A stretch of 64,000 nucleotides of DNA from positions 192,001 to 256,000 of the forward strand of contig CAWDDT010000006.1 in assembly GCA_963801165.1 (NCBI GenBank). The letters run 5' to 3'. Both the position numbers and the translations under genes were made by a program. The DNA comes from an uncultured bacterium (GTDB lineage Bacteria > Actinomycetota > Acidimicrobiia > Spongiisociales > UBA5794). This document shows, piece by piece, positions 27,869 to 37,343 of this stretch (positions within the stretch are counted from its first letter, which is position 1; each line of letters begins with the position of its first letter). The notes under the pieces are model-generated. The model was not told the DNA's origin. It made no database searches and worked only from the letters and a program-made list of their open reading frames with translations.

Positions 27869-29446
27869 TCACAGGTCGGTCTCATCGACGATCAGCCACA
27901 GGTCCCCGGGTGCCAGCCGCAGCACGAACAACGAGGCGACCGAACGCGACTCGCTGTGTAGTTCCCCGCCGTCTGCGTCGTAAGTGGTCTCATCGACCGT
28001 TCCGCGAGCCTCGAATCCCAGATCCGTCCCCTGACCACCCACGGGGATGACAATACGGAGATGAAGCGAGTCGAAGTGGTAATGCGCAACGACCCACTCC
28101 CCCGTCGCCACCGACTGCGTCATGCGCTGCAGCATGTCATCCAGACGGGCGCCGAAGTCCGCGCTCAAGAGCAGCTCCCCCTGGTGACGCTGCATCGCCT
28201 CCGCTTCGATCTCGAGGTCCTTCGCCAGTGTGATCGCAAGATCCTGCGGGGTCCCAATGTCGCTGTTCAGCGCGCTCACTTCGGGATCAACGCTCACCGC
28301 GGGAAGGGTCGCCGGGTCGACGTTCACCGCGATCGTGGCCGTTCCGCTCGTGCCGCTCGCCTGTGCCGGTTGCCGGGCCGGTGCCCCGAAGGCGACGATC
28401 AGGAGCGCTATAACAGCGACCAGCGCTCCCGCAAGCGCACCGCGCCAGAATGTCCGGCTCCGGCTTACCGCGACACCGCCGGCGGTGACCAGCCTGCCGA
28501 CGAGCTCCCCGAGCGGGGATCTCTCCTGCCCGCCTTCAGGAAGCCACCGATCGAGCAGCCAGCGCAACGGGCTCACCACTGCGAGCCCGGCCAACAATCC
28601 GACCTTGGCCCCGAACTCCGTGCCCTGGGGCGCGACCAGCAGCGTGACCGCAACACCGATTATCACCGCATGGATGATTCTCGCCGCCCGCCCTTCGGGA
28701 ATCGTCTTGGGATCGGTGATCATGAAGAAGACAAAGAACAGCAGCTCGGGAGACGTCAGCACCACCCACCAGAATGACGGGCCGCAAACCGGCCCCACCG
28801 ACCAGCGCGCAGTGAAACAGTGGCCCGACCCCGCCAGCAGCCCGAGCCCGGCCGCGAGAACCAGCCAGAACGTGACCGGGACTTGCACCAGCCTCAGCCG
28901 GGCGAGAGTGATCAGGCCACCGCTGAGGATGATCAAATAGATGACGACCATCCAACCTCCCAGCGGCGCCCACCAGAAGTCGAGCGGCTCGACCCGGCTG
29001 CTCCCGAGCAGCACGAAGACGAGCACCAGTGCGATGTTCGACGGATTGAAGATGTGGGTGCCGCGGAACTGAACCACGTACTTGGTCAACAAGGCGAACG
29101 CGACAACCAGGGCATACACGTACCAGCCACGAAACGACCAGTAGTCCGCGTTCCCGGTGCCGACGACACGGAGGATCAGTGCGATGCCGGTGGCGGTGTT
29201 GAGACCGCTGGCCGGCCACACGAGCTTCCCGGTGTGGCGAAATGCCCATACGCCTTCGATAACGAGGGCCGTGATCAGGGAAGCGAGTATCTGCGGAATC
29301 GAGACGCGGAATCCCAACGTGGCGATGCCGATGATGAGCACCGACATGACGACCGCCGAGACACTGAGGCGCGGGTCTTTCCATCGGGGCAAGACAACCG
29401 GATATTGCCTGGTACCGATACGCATAGTCCGGGAAGGTGCCGTCAT
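27869..29446 (-). CDS. UnbU-like / NqrB-RnfD-related polytopic membrane protein with C-terminal soluble domain
   Basis: KDPRL, THIFNPSN, FFMITDPKT; TACCGT 7 nt before ATG 29446. Confidence 0.8.
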   Translation of the reverse strand: MTAPSRTMRIGTRQYPVVLPRWKDPRLSVSAVVMSVLIIGIATLGFRVSIPQILASLITALVIEGVWAFRHTGKLVWPASGLNTATGIALILRVVGTGNADYWSFRGWYVYALVVAFALLTKYVVQFRGTHIFNPSNIALVLVFVLLGSSRVEPLDFWWAPLGGWMVVIYLIILSGGLITLARLRLVQVPVTFWLVLAAGLGLLAGSGHCFTARWSVGPVCGPSFWWVVLTSPELLFFVFFMITDPKTIPEGRAARIIHAVIIGVAVTLLVAPQGTEFGAKVGLLAGLAVVSPLRWLLDRWLPEGGQERSPLGELVGRLVTAGGVAVSRSRTFWRGALAGALVAVIALLIVAFGAPARQPAQASGTSGTATIAVNVDPATLPAVSVDPEVSALNSDIGTPQDLAITLAKDLEIEAEAMQRHQGELLLSADFGARLDDMLQRMTQSVATGEWVVAHYHFDSLHLRIVIPVGGQGTDLGFEARGTVDETTYDADGGELHSESRSVASLFVLRLAPGDLWLIVDETDL

Positions 29447-29496
29447 GAGGGGCACGGTAGCGCGCGTTCAACCGGTCCTTGTGGGACACTGGGGGG

Positions 29497-31188
29497 ATGG
29501 AGGAGGCAGCTGCGCCGGCCGGCACTCGAAAGACGACAGGACGGGGTTGGTGGCTGGGTGCGGGTGCGCTAAGCGGCGCCGTCCTCACCGTGACACTGGC
29601 CCTGGTCGCGACCGCGATTTTCGTCCCGGCTCCGGCAGTCGCCGGTCCCGCACCGCACTTTGTCGAGGAGGCGCAAGCAGCCGGCCTCGTCCACACCTAC
29701 GACGGTGACTTCATCTTCTTCGTCGGCGGCGGTGTGGCCGTCTTCGACTGTAACAACGATGGCAAACCCGACGCGTACTTCGCAGGCGGCTCCAATCCCG
29801 CTGCCCTCTTCCGCAACGACAGCCCGGTGGGCGGTGACCTCCACTTCGAGCCGGTCCCCCAGTCCAGCACGGACCTGACGCGAGTAACCGGGGCGTATCC
29901 CATCGACATCGACTCCGATGGATTCGTCGACCTGGCGGTGCTACGGGTCGGGGAGAACGTGATCCTGCGTGGCACCGGCAATTGCCAGTTCGAAAGAGCC
30001 AACGAATCTTGGGGAATCGATGGTGGCGACGCCTGGACGGCGGCCTTCAGCGCTACCTGGGAGGGTGATGAGACTCTTCCGACGCTGGCCTTCGGCAACT
30101 ACCTCGAGCTCGACGACCAGGATAAGTCGACAGGCGTCTGTTCCGACCACGCCTTCATCCGACCCGACGGAGCCACCGCCTACGGCAGCCCGATTGCCCT
30201 GTCGCCGGGTTTCTGCTCGTTGTCGATCCTGTTCAGTGACTGGGACCGAACGGGGTCTGCCGACCTGAGGATGACCAATGACCGTCACTACTACCGCGAC
30301 GGTGAGGATCAACTGTGGCGTGTGGTGCCGGGCGAGACACCCCGCCCGTACACCCACGATGAGGGCTGGCAGCAGATGCGGATCTGGGGCATGGGCATCG
30401 CCAGCCAGGATCTCACCGGCGACGGGCGTCCCGAGGTGTTCCTCACCAGCCAGGGCGACAACAAGCTGCAGACCCTGAGCACGGGTGCAGACACCCCGAC
30501 CTACGACGACATGGCACTCGAGGTCGGGGCTACCGCCACCCGGCCCTTCACGGGCGACGTAACCCTCCCCTCCACCGCCTGGCATGCGGAATTCCAGGAC
30601 GTGAACAACGACGGGTTCATGGACCTCTACGTGTCGAAGGGAAACGTCGAGGCGACGCCGGGGTATGCGGCGGCAGATCCCAACGACCTGCTGTTGGGAG
30701 ATCCGGGCGGATCGTTTCACGAGGTCGCACAGACGGCCGGCATCGTGAATTTCGCCCGGACCCGGGGCGCCGCCCTCGCAGACTTCAATCTCGATGGGCT
30801 TCTTGATCTGGTGGAGGTCAACCGCCGCCAGAACGTCACACTCTGGCGGAACGTCGGATCGGACATGGCCGACTCCCCGATGGGCGACTGGGTCGCGATC
30901 CAACTCCGACAATCGGGGGCGAACCGTGACGGTGTCGGCTCGTGGATCGAGGTCGACGCCGCCGGCAGGGTCGTCCAGCGGGAGGTGACGATCGGCGGCG
31001 GCCACGCCAGCGGCGAGCTTGGCTGGATTCATTTCGGGCTCGGCAACGCGGACACCGCTCGAATTCGGGTGCAGTGGCCGGATGGCGAGAAAGGGCCATG
31101 GCTGACGGTGACCGCCAACCAGTTTGCCGTAATCGATCGCGACGCCACGGCCCCGCAGATCTGGGAGCCGGGCACCGTCGCTCCCTGA
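29497..31188 (+). CDS. CRTAC1/ASPIC-UnbV family FG-GAP repeat protein
   Basis: N-terminal TM, six DxD/NxDG-type loops, C-terminal GGGHASG..IHFGLG..VQWPDG. Confidence 0.9.
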   Translation: MEEAAAPAGTRKTTGRGWWLGAGALSGAVLTVTLALVATAIFVPAPAVAGPAPHFVEEAQAAGLVHTYDGDFIFFVGGGVAVFDCNNDGKPDAYFAGGSNPAALFRNDSPVGGDLHFEPVPQSSTDLTRVTGAYPIDIDSDGFVDLAVLRVGENVILRGTGNCQFERANESWGIDGGDAWTAAFSATWEGDETLPTLAFGNYLELDDQDKSTGVCSDHAFIRPDGATAYGSPIALSPGFCSLSILFSDWDRTGSADLRMTNDRHYYRDGEDQLWRVVPGETPRPYTHDEGWQQMRIWGMGIASQDLTGDGRPEVFLTSQGDNKLQTLSTGADTPTYDDMALEVGATATRPFTGDVTLPSTAWHAEFQDVNNDGFMDLYVSKGNVEATPGYAAADPNDLLLGDPGGSFHEVAQTAGIVNFARTRGAALADFNLDGLLDLVEVNRRQNVTLWRNVGSDMADSPMGDWVAIQLRQSGANRDGVGSWIEVDAAGRVVQREVTIGGGHASGELGWIHFGLGNADTARIRVQWPDGEKGPWLTVTANQFAVIDRDATAPQIWEPGTVAP

Positions 31189-31194
31189 GGCCCG

Positions 31195-32283
31195 CTACGA
31201 ACCGGGATGTACTACGGCCTTGATGAGACCCCGTCGATAGCGACTCGCATCGGCAAACGCCGCCGCCGCCCCGTCCAACCCCACGTCATCGGTGACGAGG
31301 GATGCGACGTCGACATGTCCTCCGGCGACGAGAGCAATCGCACGCGGGTAGGTGTGCTTCATCCGACGACACAGAGCGATCGTCAGGCCACGCCGCCGAA
31401 CCGCCGAATGGTTGAACACGAGCCGGTCATCGGCCGAGATACCAACCACCACCAGCCGGCCCCCATTGCGGAGGACACCGACGGCTTGGGCGAGCGCATC
31501 CTCGCTCGACCAGGCACATTCGAACGCTACGTCGACCCCGCGTCCCCCTGTGGCATCCATGATCGCCGCAACCGGATCCTGATCATCCACGTTCACCACG
31601 CGGGCGCCGTAGCGGCCGGCTGCGTCCAGACGCCATGAATAGCGGTCGGTGCTGAAGCAGAGATGCGCACCGGAGAGAGCTGCCACCTGCAGACAGCACA
31701 GACCGATGGTACCGGCGCCGACGATGGCGACAGTGTCACCAGGCCTCAGGTGCGCCAGGCTCACGGCATGGATCGCGATCCCGAGTGGTTCCAGCAACGC
31801 CGCCGCAGCGTCGTCGATGCCATTGGGCACCGGGAAGCAGCATGCTGCCGGCGTCGTCAGGTACTCACAAAGCGCTCCGTCGATCGGGTAGAGCCCGGCG
31901 AAATCCAAATCGGTGCACAGGTTCGGGTGACCGCGGTGGCACAGTTCGCACCGGCCGCAAGGGCGGGCCGGGTCGACTGCAACCCGGGTACCGACTGCCA
32001 GAGGCATCCCGTTGCCGTCCACCGCCCCAGCACCCACGGCGGTGACAACGCCGGCAAACTCGTGGCCGAGGATCGCCGGCCCGTCGAGAGTTGTGTCCCC
32101 CACCCGCCCGTCGGCATACGTGTGCAGATCCGACCCGCAGACGCCGACCGCGGTGACCTTCACTACAGCCTCCCCCGGACCGGGGGTCCCGGGCCGTGGG
32201 ACGTCTTCTACCCGCATTTCTCCCGGACCGTAGATCCGGGCAGCTCGCTGCGTGAGTGCTTGCGTAGGGGTTTGCTCGGCCAC
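31195..32283 (-). CDS. Zn-dependent sugar-alcohol dehydrogenase (sorbitol dehydrogenase-like)
   Basis: CGSDLH, GHE, CGRCELC..C, GAGTIG; TATCAT 6 nt before GTG. Confidence 0.9.
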   Translation of the reverse strand: MAEQTPTQALTQRAARIYGPGEMRVEDVPRPGTPGPGEAVVKVTAVGVCGSDLHTYADGRVGDTTLDGPAILGHEFAGVVTAVGAGAVDGNGMPLAVGTRVAVDPARPCGRCELCHRGHPNLCTDLDFAGLYPIDGALCEYLTTPAACCFPVPNGIDDAAAALLEPLGIAIHAVSLAHLRPGDTVAIVGAGTIGLCCLQVAALSGAHLCFSTDRYSWRLDAAGRYGARVVNVDDQDPVAAIMDATGGRGVDVAFECAWSSEDALAQAVGVLRNGGRLVVVGISADDRLVFNHSAVRRRGLTIALCRRMKHTYPRAIALVAGGHVDVASLVTDDVGLDGAAAAFADASRYRRGLIKAVVHPGS

Positions 32284-32344
32284 GCCCGCATGATACGTAC
32301 TCGCGGGCGCCGACCCGCTGCAGCCGGCTCGTACGCTAATCCCC

Positions 32345-32375
32345 TTGACTCTGCCCCAGGGGCAGGGTTCATAAT
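32345..32375 (+). promoter_or_regulatory. MerR-type promoter with perfect dyad CTGCCCC-A-GGGGCAG
   Basis: TTGACT, 19-nt spacer, CATAAT, then 8 nt to ATG 32384. Confidence 0.85.
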
Positions 32376-32383
32376 CGCCCCCT

Positions 32384-33409
32384 ATGAGCGACGCGACGTA
32401 CACGATCGGCGAATTCTCCCGGCTGACCGGTCTCACGGAGAAGGCTCTTCGCCTCTACGACAGCCGCAGGCTCCTCGCACCCGTCGAGGTGGATACCGGT
32501 ACCGGGTACCGGCGCTACTCGAAAGCCCAAATCGCCGATGCCCGAATGGTCGCAATGCTGCGTGCGATTGACATGCCGCTCGCCGAGATCGCCGACGTGT
32601 TGGCTGCACCCGGGCCTGATCGCTCCGCAGTTGTGCGCCGGTACTGGTACCGCCTCGAGCGTGTCCTAGACACACGGCGCCGGATCGTTCGTCGTCTCCA
32701 CCACCACAACGAGGAAGAGGAGTACGGGATGAGCTACACCGATAGCGCAATTGCCGCGGGTCGCAGCGAAGGGGCGTTTGCGGCGATTGCCCAACTGGCC
32801 ACGCTCGACGACGCGGGTGAGGCCGCAAACGCCTATGGCGAGGCGATGAAGACCGCTTATTGGGACGAGAAGGACCTACCGCTGGTGACCGCGCTGGCCT
32901 ACGCAGGGGTGGATCACCTGCTGGCGCTGGCGCGGCGGAGCACCGGCGACGCCGCCGATGAGGCCCGTTCGGTTGCCAAGGCCATGATGTACAACCTGGC
33001 CTCGTTCACATGGACGGGCTGGGACGAGCCGGGGATCGAGATCGGCCCGTCTGAGGCAGCCGCCGGCCTCGCCGCAGCTCGCACCAACCTGGCGATGGCC
33101 ATCGACATGGACAAGGGGGACCTTGCGATCTCTCGTGGCCACTGGATGCTCGGGGCTCATCAGTTGACGGCCGGCAGGCACACCGAGGCCATCGCCTGTT
33201 TTGCAGCCGCCGCGGACTTCGCTACTCGTGCCGGCGCCGAGCCCGAGGCCGAGCTGTCCCGAGCGTTCGGAGCACTAACGGCGCTCGCCGAAGGACGCCC
33301 GGGCGCCGAGAAGACGTTGGACGCGGCGGTCGCTGCGCTCGGCGCCGCCGAGGGTGGAAGCGACTTCGTAGGGCAGATCGAGACGGCGAGAGCGGTGATA
33401 GGCCTGTAG
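32384..33409 (+). CDS. MerR family transcriptional regulator with helical C-terminal domain
   Basis: YTIGEFSRLTGLTEKALRLYD..GLL-like..GYRRYS HTH. Confidence 0.9.
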   Translation: MSDATYTIGEFSRLTGLTEKALRLYDSRRLLAPVEVDTGTGYRRYSKAQIADARMVAMLRAIDMPLAEIADVLAAPGPDRSAVVRRYWYRLERVLDTRRRIVRRLHHHNEEEEYGMSYTDSAIAAGRSEGAFAAIAQLATLDDAGEAANAYGEAMKTAYWDEKDLPLVTALAYAGVDHLLALARRSTGDAADEARSVAKAMMYNLASFTWTGWDEPGIEIGPSEAAAGLAAARTNLAMAIDMDKGDLAISRGHWMLGAHQLTAGRHTEAIACFAAAADFATRAGAEPEAELSRAFGALTALAEGRPGAEKTLDAAVAALGAAEGGSDFVGQIETARAVIGL

Positions 33410-33418
33410 ATGTCGCCA

Positions 33419-33951
33419 TCACCACACGTCGCCGCTCCTGACGTCGCAGATGATCGTTCCCGCCAGGGTGACGTTCTGTGACGCTCCGAAGCGGAGCACC
33501 ATGATCGCGTCGTCATCGTCGGGTGTGCGCGCAAGCTCCCCTGCCACCCTGACACATGTCCGGCCGGTCCACCGCTCCCACCCCAGACGCTCATAGAAAT
33601 GATGCTGTCCCGTTGATAGCGCGCCGAGGACGAAGTGATCCTGGATCAAGCTCCCCACGTCTTCCATCACCATCGTCCCGATGCCCGCCCCTGGACCTCG
33701 GGCAACACGGCCACTCCTTCGACATATCCCGCGCCCAACTCGCTGCCACCGAGCCACAGCGAGCGGGGGACGACCGCGGCGTGGGCAACGGTGATACCGT
33801 CGATCACCGCGAGCACGTGCCGGCCACCCAGACAATGCGACCAGTCCTCATCGGTGAACTCGCCGCCGAAGGCCTCGTCGAGCATCGCCCGGACGGCGCG
33901 CCGTTCCGGTTCGCTCAGCTCGGTCGTAGAAAGAGTCCGCACCGCCACCAT
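33419..33951 (-). pseudogene. Aminoglycoside 2'-N-acetyltransferase AAC(2')-I-like GNAT, frameshifted
   Basis: N-half DWSHCLGGRH..GYVEGVAV..QGR and C-half GIGT..FYERLGW..GDVW lie in different frames; one G missing near 33684-33686. Confidence 0.8.
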
Positions 33952-34009
33952 CTGCCCCAGCGTATCCACTACCGACCATTGACGGAAGTGGGGTAACGTC
34001 ACTGCCCAA

Positions 34010-34555
34010 ATGACCATGAGACGCTACGTTGCACTGCTGCGCGGCATCAACGTCGGAGGCCGCAACAAGGTGGCTATGGCGGATCTGCGTGAGGCTTTCG
34101 CAATCCACGGCTTTGCCGCGGTAGCCACCTACATTCAATCGGGCAACGTCCTGTTCGAGTCTGCGGCGCCGCCGCGATCGCTCGAGGCAGCCATCGAGGC
34201 CATGCTGGCAGAGGAGCTCAGCATCCAGATCATGGTGGTGGTCCGATCCCGGGATCAGATGAGTAGCGTCGTCGGCCATGCGCCCGCCGGCTACGGGTCG
34301 CAGCCCGACCGGTACCACTCGGACGCGGTGTTCCTCAAGCCTCCGCTCACGCCGGCGCATCTGATGACGCTGGTCGAGTTGCGTGACGGCGTCGACCGCG
34401 CCTGGCCGGGAAGCGGGATGGTCTACTTCCAGCGCTTGAGCGCACGGCGCTCGCAGAGCCGTCTCAGCCGGATCATGGGCACATCGGAGTACGCAAACAT
34501 GACTATCCGGAGCTGGCGAACCACCCTCGAGCTGCTGAAACGCCTGGAGGGTTGA
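34010..34555 (+). CDS. DUF1697 family protein
   Basis: YVALLRGINVGG, TYIQSGNV, TIRSWRT. Confidence 0.92.
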   Translation: MTMRRYVALLRGINVGGRNKVAMADLREAFAIHGFAAVATYIQSGNVLFESAAPPRSLEAAIEAMLAEELSIQIMVVVRSRDQMSSVVGHAPAGYGSQPDRYHSDAVFLKPPLTPAHLMTLVELRDGVDRAWPGSGMVYFQRLSARRSQSRLSRIMGTSEYANMTIRSWRTTLELLKRLEG

Positions 34556-35496
34556 CGGTGGACATCCGCGAGCACGATGACGTCGATCCGTTGCAAGTCC
34601 TTGATCTGAACCTCCTGTGTCTCGGCCATGCACTCACCCCGGAGCGCGTCCGCCTGATCCGCAACCGTGATCGCCGCCCTTTCCCGTTCTTCGGGGTCTA
34701 CGCCCTTGCAGACGGCGTAGTTGCGGGCCAGGTCGCCGTGTATCGCCTCCCTGCCATAACAGACAACGGCCCTGAAGATGTCGGCGGTATCTCCGCGGTG
34801 TGCACGCACCCCGCGTTCAGTGGCCGGGGCGTTGCGACTCGACTGATCGCCGAGGCTCACTCTCGGATGGTCGACGCTGGGCTCCGATTCTCCACTCTCG
34901 GTACCAACGGTCATCGCGGTGCCCATCGACTCTATCTGAGCCTGGGGTACGAGGACGTTTTCGTTGCGAGCTCGATGCTCATCTCCCCGGGACAGACGCA
35001 TTCTGCCGTCGCCGTTGAGTCCGCCGGGCCGGGAGATCTTGCAATCGCCGACGAGCTGTTCCGGCGGGCGGCCGTCACCAGGCTAGGTTTCGCCCGACGC
35101 CAGGATGGCTTCTTCGCGATGATGGTCGATACAGGCGAGATCGGTCCCAGCGAGATGTGGCTGCTTCGTTCCGGTGCCGATCACATCGGGTATGCACACG
35201 CTCGCCTCGTAGGTGAGGTCGTGTTGGTTCGTAACCTCACGGTCCTCGACGCGTCTACTGCGCCGGCAGCCGCAACTGCTCTGCTCGCCGCGTTGGGCGG
35301 TTCGTACCTCCAGCTGAGGATCGATCATCCGCACGTCGCAGAGCGACTTCGGCACGATGGCCAACGAGATCAGGTTCCTACCTGGAACCGCTTCATGGTC
35401 AAGCCCCTAGCCGCGGGGGTCACCGTCGCCTCTGCCCGGGAGCTGTTCGGGATCGGCACCGATCGGTTCCTCATCTCTCACCTCGACGTCACTTGA
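34552..35496 (+). CDS. GNAT family N-acetyltransferase
   Basis: VCTHPAFSGRGVA motif A, LYLSLGY; TTG start overlaps upstream TGA. Confidence 0.85.
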   Translation: MTVDIREHDDVDPLQVLDLNLLCLGHALTPERVRLIRNRDRRPFPFFGVYALADGVVAGQVAVYRLPAITDNGPEDVGGISAVCTHPAFSGRGVATRLIAEAHSRMVDAGLRFSTLGTNGHRGAHRLYLSLGYEDVFVASSMLISPGQTHSAVAVESAGPGDLAIADELFRRAAVTRLGFARRQDGFFAMMVDTGEIGPSEMWLLRSGADHIGYAHARLVGEVVLVRNLTVLDASTAPAAATALLAALGGSYLQLRIDHPHVAERLRHDGQRDQVPTWNRFMVKPLAAGVTVASARELFGIGTDRFLISHLDVT

Positions 35497-35545
35497 CCCC
35501 GGCGTAGTCCCTAGGTCGCCGGCCGACACCCGTATGGCGCTCGGC

Positions 35546-35974
35546 TCATGCGGATGGCGGCCACCCGGGGTGACCCGCCAGCCACTCCGTTGCGAGACGT
35601 TTCGGTGCCCGGGCCAGCCAAGCGTCGGCGACAACCTCGGCCAGCTCGTCGATTCCGAGCTCTCCTATGTTGCTGCCCCTGACGAGCACGGCCGGGTAGC
35701 CATTGAAGTGCTCTGTCGTGAAGAATGGTGTCGCCGTGTCCGAAACCAATGCCCGTTTGTCGTCTTCGGACTCGACCCAGAAGACGATCACGTCGGTGTA
35801 GCGTTCTCCGGTCTCCGGATCCACTGCATCGGGCCGCGGGTTACGGAAGAAGACAAAGCTCTTCTTGCGCACCTGGTAGACGGGGTTCCCGGTGCTTCCC
35901 TCGACCATCGTCGCCCCCGGCATGGCTGCCGCGAGCCGGTGAATGTCCTCGACGGTTGCGGGGCGTGAACTCAC
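35546..35974 (-). CDS. MmcQ/YjbR family protein
   Basis: FFTTEHFNGYPAVLV, DAWLARAPKRL. Confidence 0.88.
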   Translation of the reverse strand: MSSRPATVEDIHRLAAAMPGATMVEGSTGNPVYQVRKKSFVFFRNPRPDAVDPETGERYTDVIVFWVESEDDKRALVSDTATPFFTTEHFNGYPAVLVRGSNIGELGIDELAEVVADAWLARAPKRLATEWLAGHPGWPPSA

Positions 35975-36025
35975 GGTCCAAAATGTACCCGGTTAGCCAA
36001 TTCGCCGGATGCCACCAGGGATCCA

Positions 36026-36628
36026 TCACCTGTCTTCGATGACCCGATCATCGCGATGCCTTGCCAGGTACCGTGTATAGCGGTTCATGATCTCGGTCAT
36101 CATGTCGGGTGCCCGTTCGACACCAAATACCTCGCCGGGAAAGTCGAGCTGTTGCTGGATTGCCCAAATCGCATCGTGGTCGTTGGGGGGCAGAACTTGC
36201 GCAGGGTCCCCGACCGCGACCCAGCCGATGGGAACGGTTGCACCGCTCGGCAACACTGTCTTCAGGTGCACGGTTCCGTTGATCCGGACCTCTGCTCGCT
36301 TGCCGATGCGGGCACCGTTGAAGATGGCGACACCCGTCGCCAGGAAGACCTCATCCTCGACCGTACATCCACTCAGGTAGGCGCGGGGGCCGACGAGGAC
36401 CCGATCGCCGAGGGCCAAGGGGTGTCGCCCGGTCCCGCGCAGCACCGCGTTCTCCATGACGACACAGCGGGAACCGATATGAACCGGACCGCCGTCTGCG
36501 GTGATGACTGCGCCGTACAGCACCCTCGTATCAGCGCCGATGGTCACGTCACCGGCGACCGTGGCGTTTGGTGCGACCCAGGCAGACGGATCGATCTGCG
36601 GTGTCCGACCGGCGTGTTCGACGAGCAT
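36026..36628 (-). CDS. Gamma-carbonic-anhydrase-like left-handed beta-helix protein
   Basis: PQIDPSAWVAPNATVAGDVTIG hexapeptide repeats; Zn-ligand His residues appear absent. Confidence 0.88.
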   Translation of the reverse strand: MLVEHAGRTPQIDPSAWVAPNATVAGDVTIGADTRVLYGAVITADGGPVHIGSRCVVMENAVLRGTGRHPLALGDRVLVGPRAYLSGCTVEDEVFLATGVAIFNGARIGKRAEVRINGTVHLKTVLPSGATVPIGWVAVGDPAQVLPPNDHDAIWAIQQQLDFPGEVFGVERAPDMMTEIMNRYTRYLARHRDDRVIEDR

Positions 36629-36661
36629 CCCGCAACGATACCGGTCGTGAACCGAGCCCCG

Positions 36662-37333
36662 CTAGCCCTCGAGGACAAAGGAGAGAACGCCCTCGAGCGC
36701 CCGGGGAACACGGTCCAACGGGATGGCCTCCACGAGAAGCTTCGCATAGCGCAGCTTGCGCCGGGCGCCGGCGCTCACAAACCGCCGTAGCTGCGCCTCG
36801 GTGTCTCTGCCTCGCCACGCCGGCTGTGCTTGGAGGGTGCGGAACGAGCCCAGATCCCCCTGGGTTTCCATGATGCTCTCGGTGAGGTAGGCGCCGACCG
36901 CCCGGATCAGCTCGTCCTCGAGATCCTCGACGCACACGAAGAAGCCGAGACGCTCCATATCTGCACGGGTAACGGGAGAGCCCAACCCGCTCCTCGTCAA
37001 ACCTCGCCGGAACACCGTTTCCTCAGCCTCATCGCACATGCCCGACAGCCGTAGGTCGGCGCCGCGCGGACCAAAGCGCTCCAAGAACGCGGTCACCCCA
37101 TGGGCACCTCCGACGGGCACCACGACAACGGCTGCCTCGTCGAGGTCTCGACCCGACCGAATCGCGAGTGTCTCGACCGCGATCTGATCGCTGATTCCCT
37201 CGACGAGAACTACCCCCTGCGCATCACCGACCCGGAGCAACGCCCGGCGTGTCGCCTCGGTCGCCGCCGCCGGGCCGCTCACATAACCCGCGAGGACCTC
37301 CTGGGCCAGCCTGTGCCGCTCCCCCGCTTCCAT
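36662..37333 (-). CDS. Stand-alone OLD-type TOPRIM domain protein
   Basis: VVLVEGISDQ, MCDEAEE, EDLEDELI; GGAGGG RBS. Confidence 0.8.
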   Translation of the reverse strand: MEAGERHRLAQEVLAGYVSGPAAATEATRRALLRVGDAQGVVLVEGISDQIAVETLAIRSGRDLDEAAVVVVPVGGAHGVTAFLERFGPRGADLRLSGMCDEAEETVFRRGLTRSGLGSPVTRADMERLGFFVCVEDLEDELIRAVGAYLTESIMETQGDLGSFRTLQAQPAWRGRDTEAQLRRFVSAGARRKLRYAKLLVEAIPLDRVPRALEGVLSFVLEG

Positions 37334-37343
37334 CAACCCTCCA

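Noticed and set aside
27869-29446. True RnfD/NqrB respiratory subunit
   Set aside because: No other rnf/nqr genes nearby and no clear FMN-Thr motif
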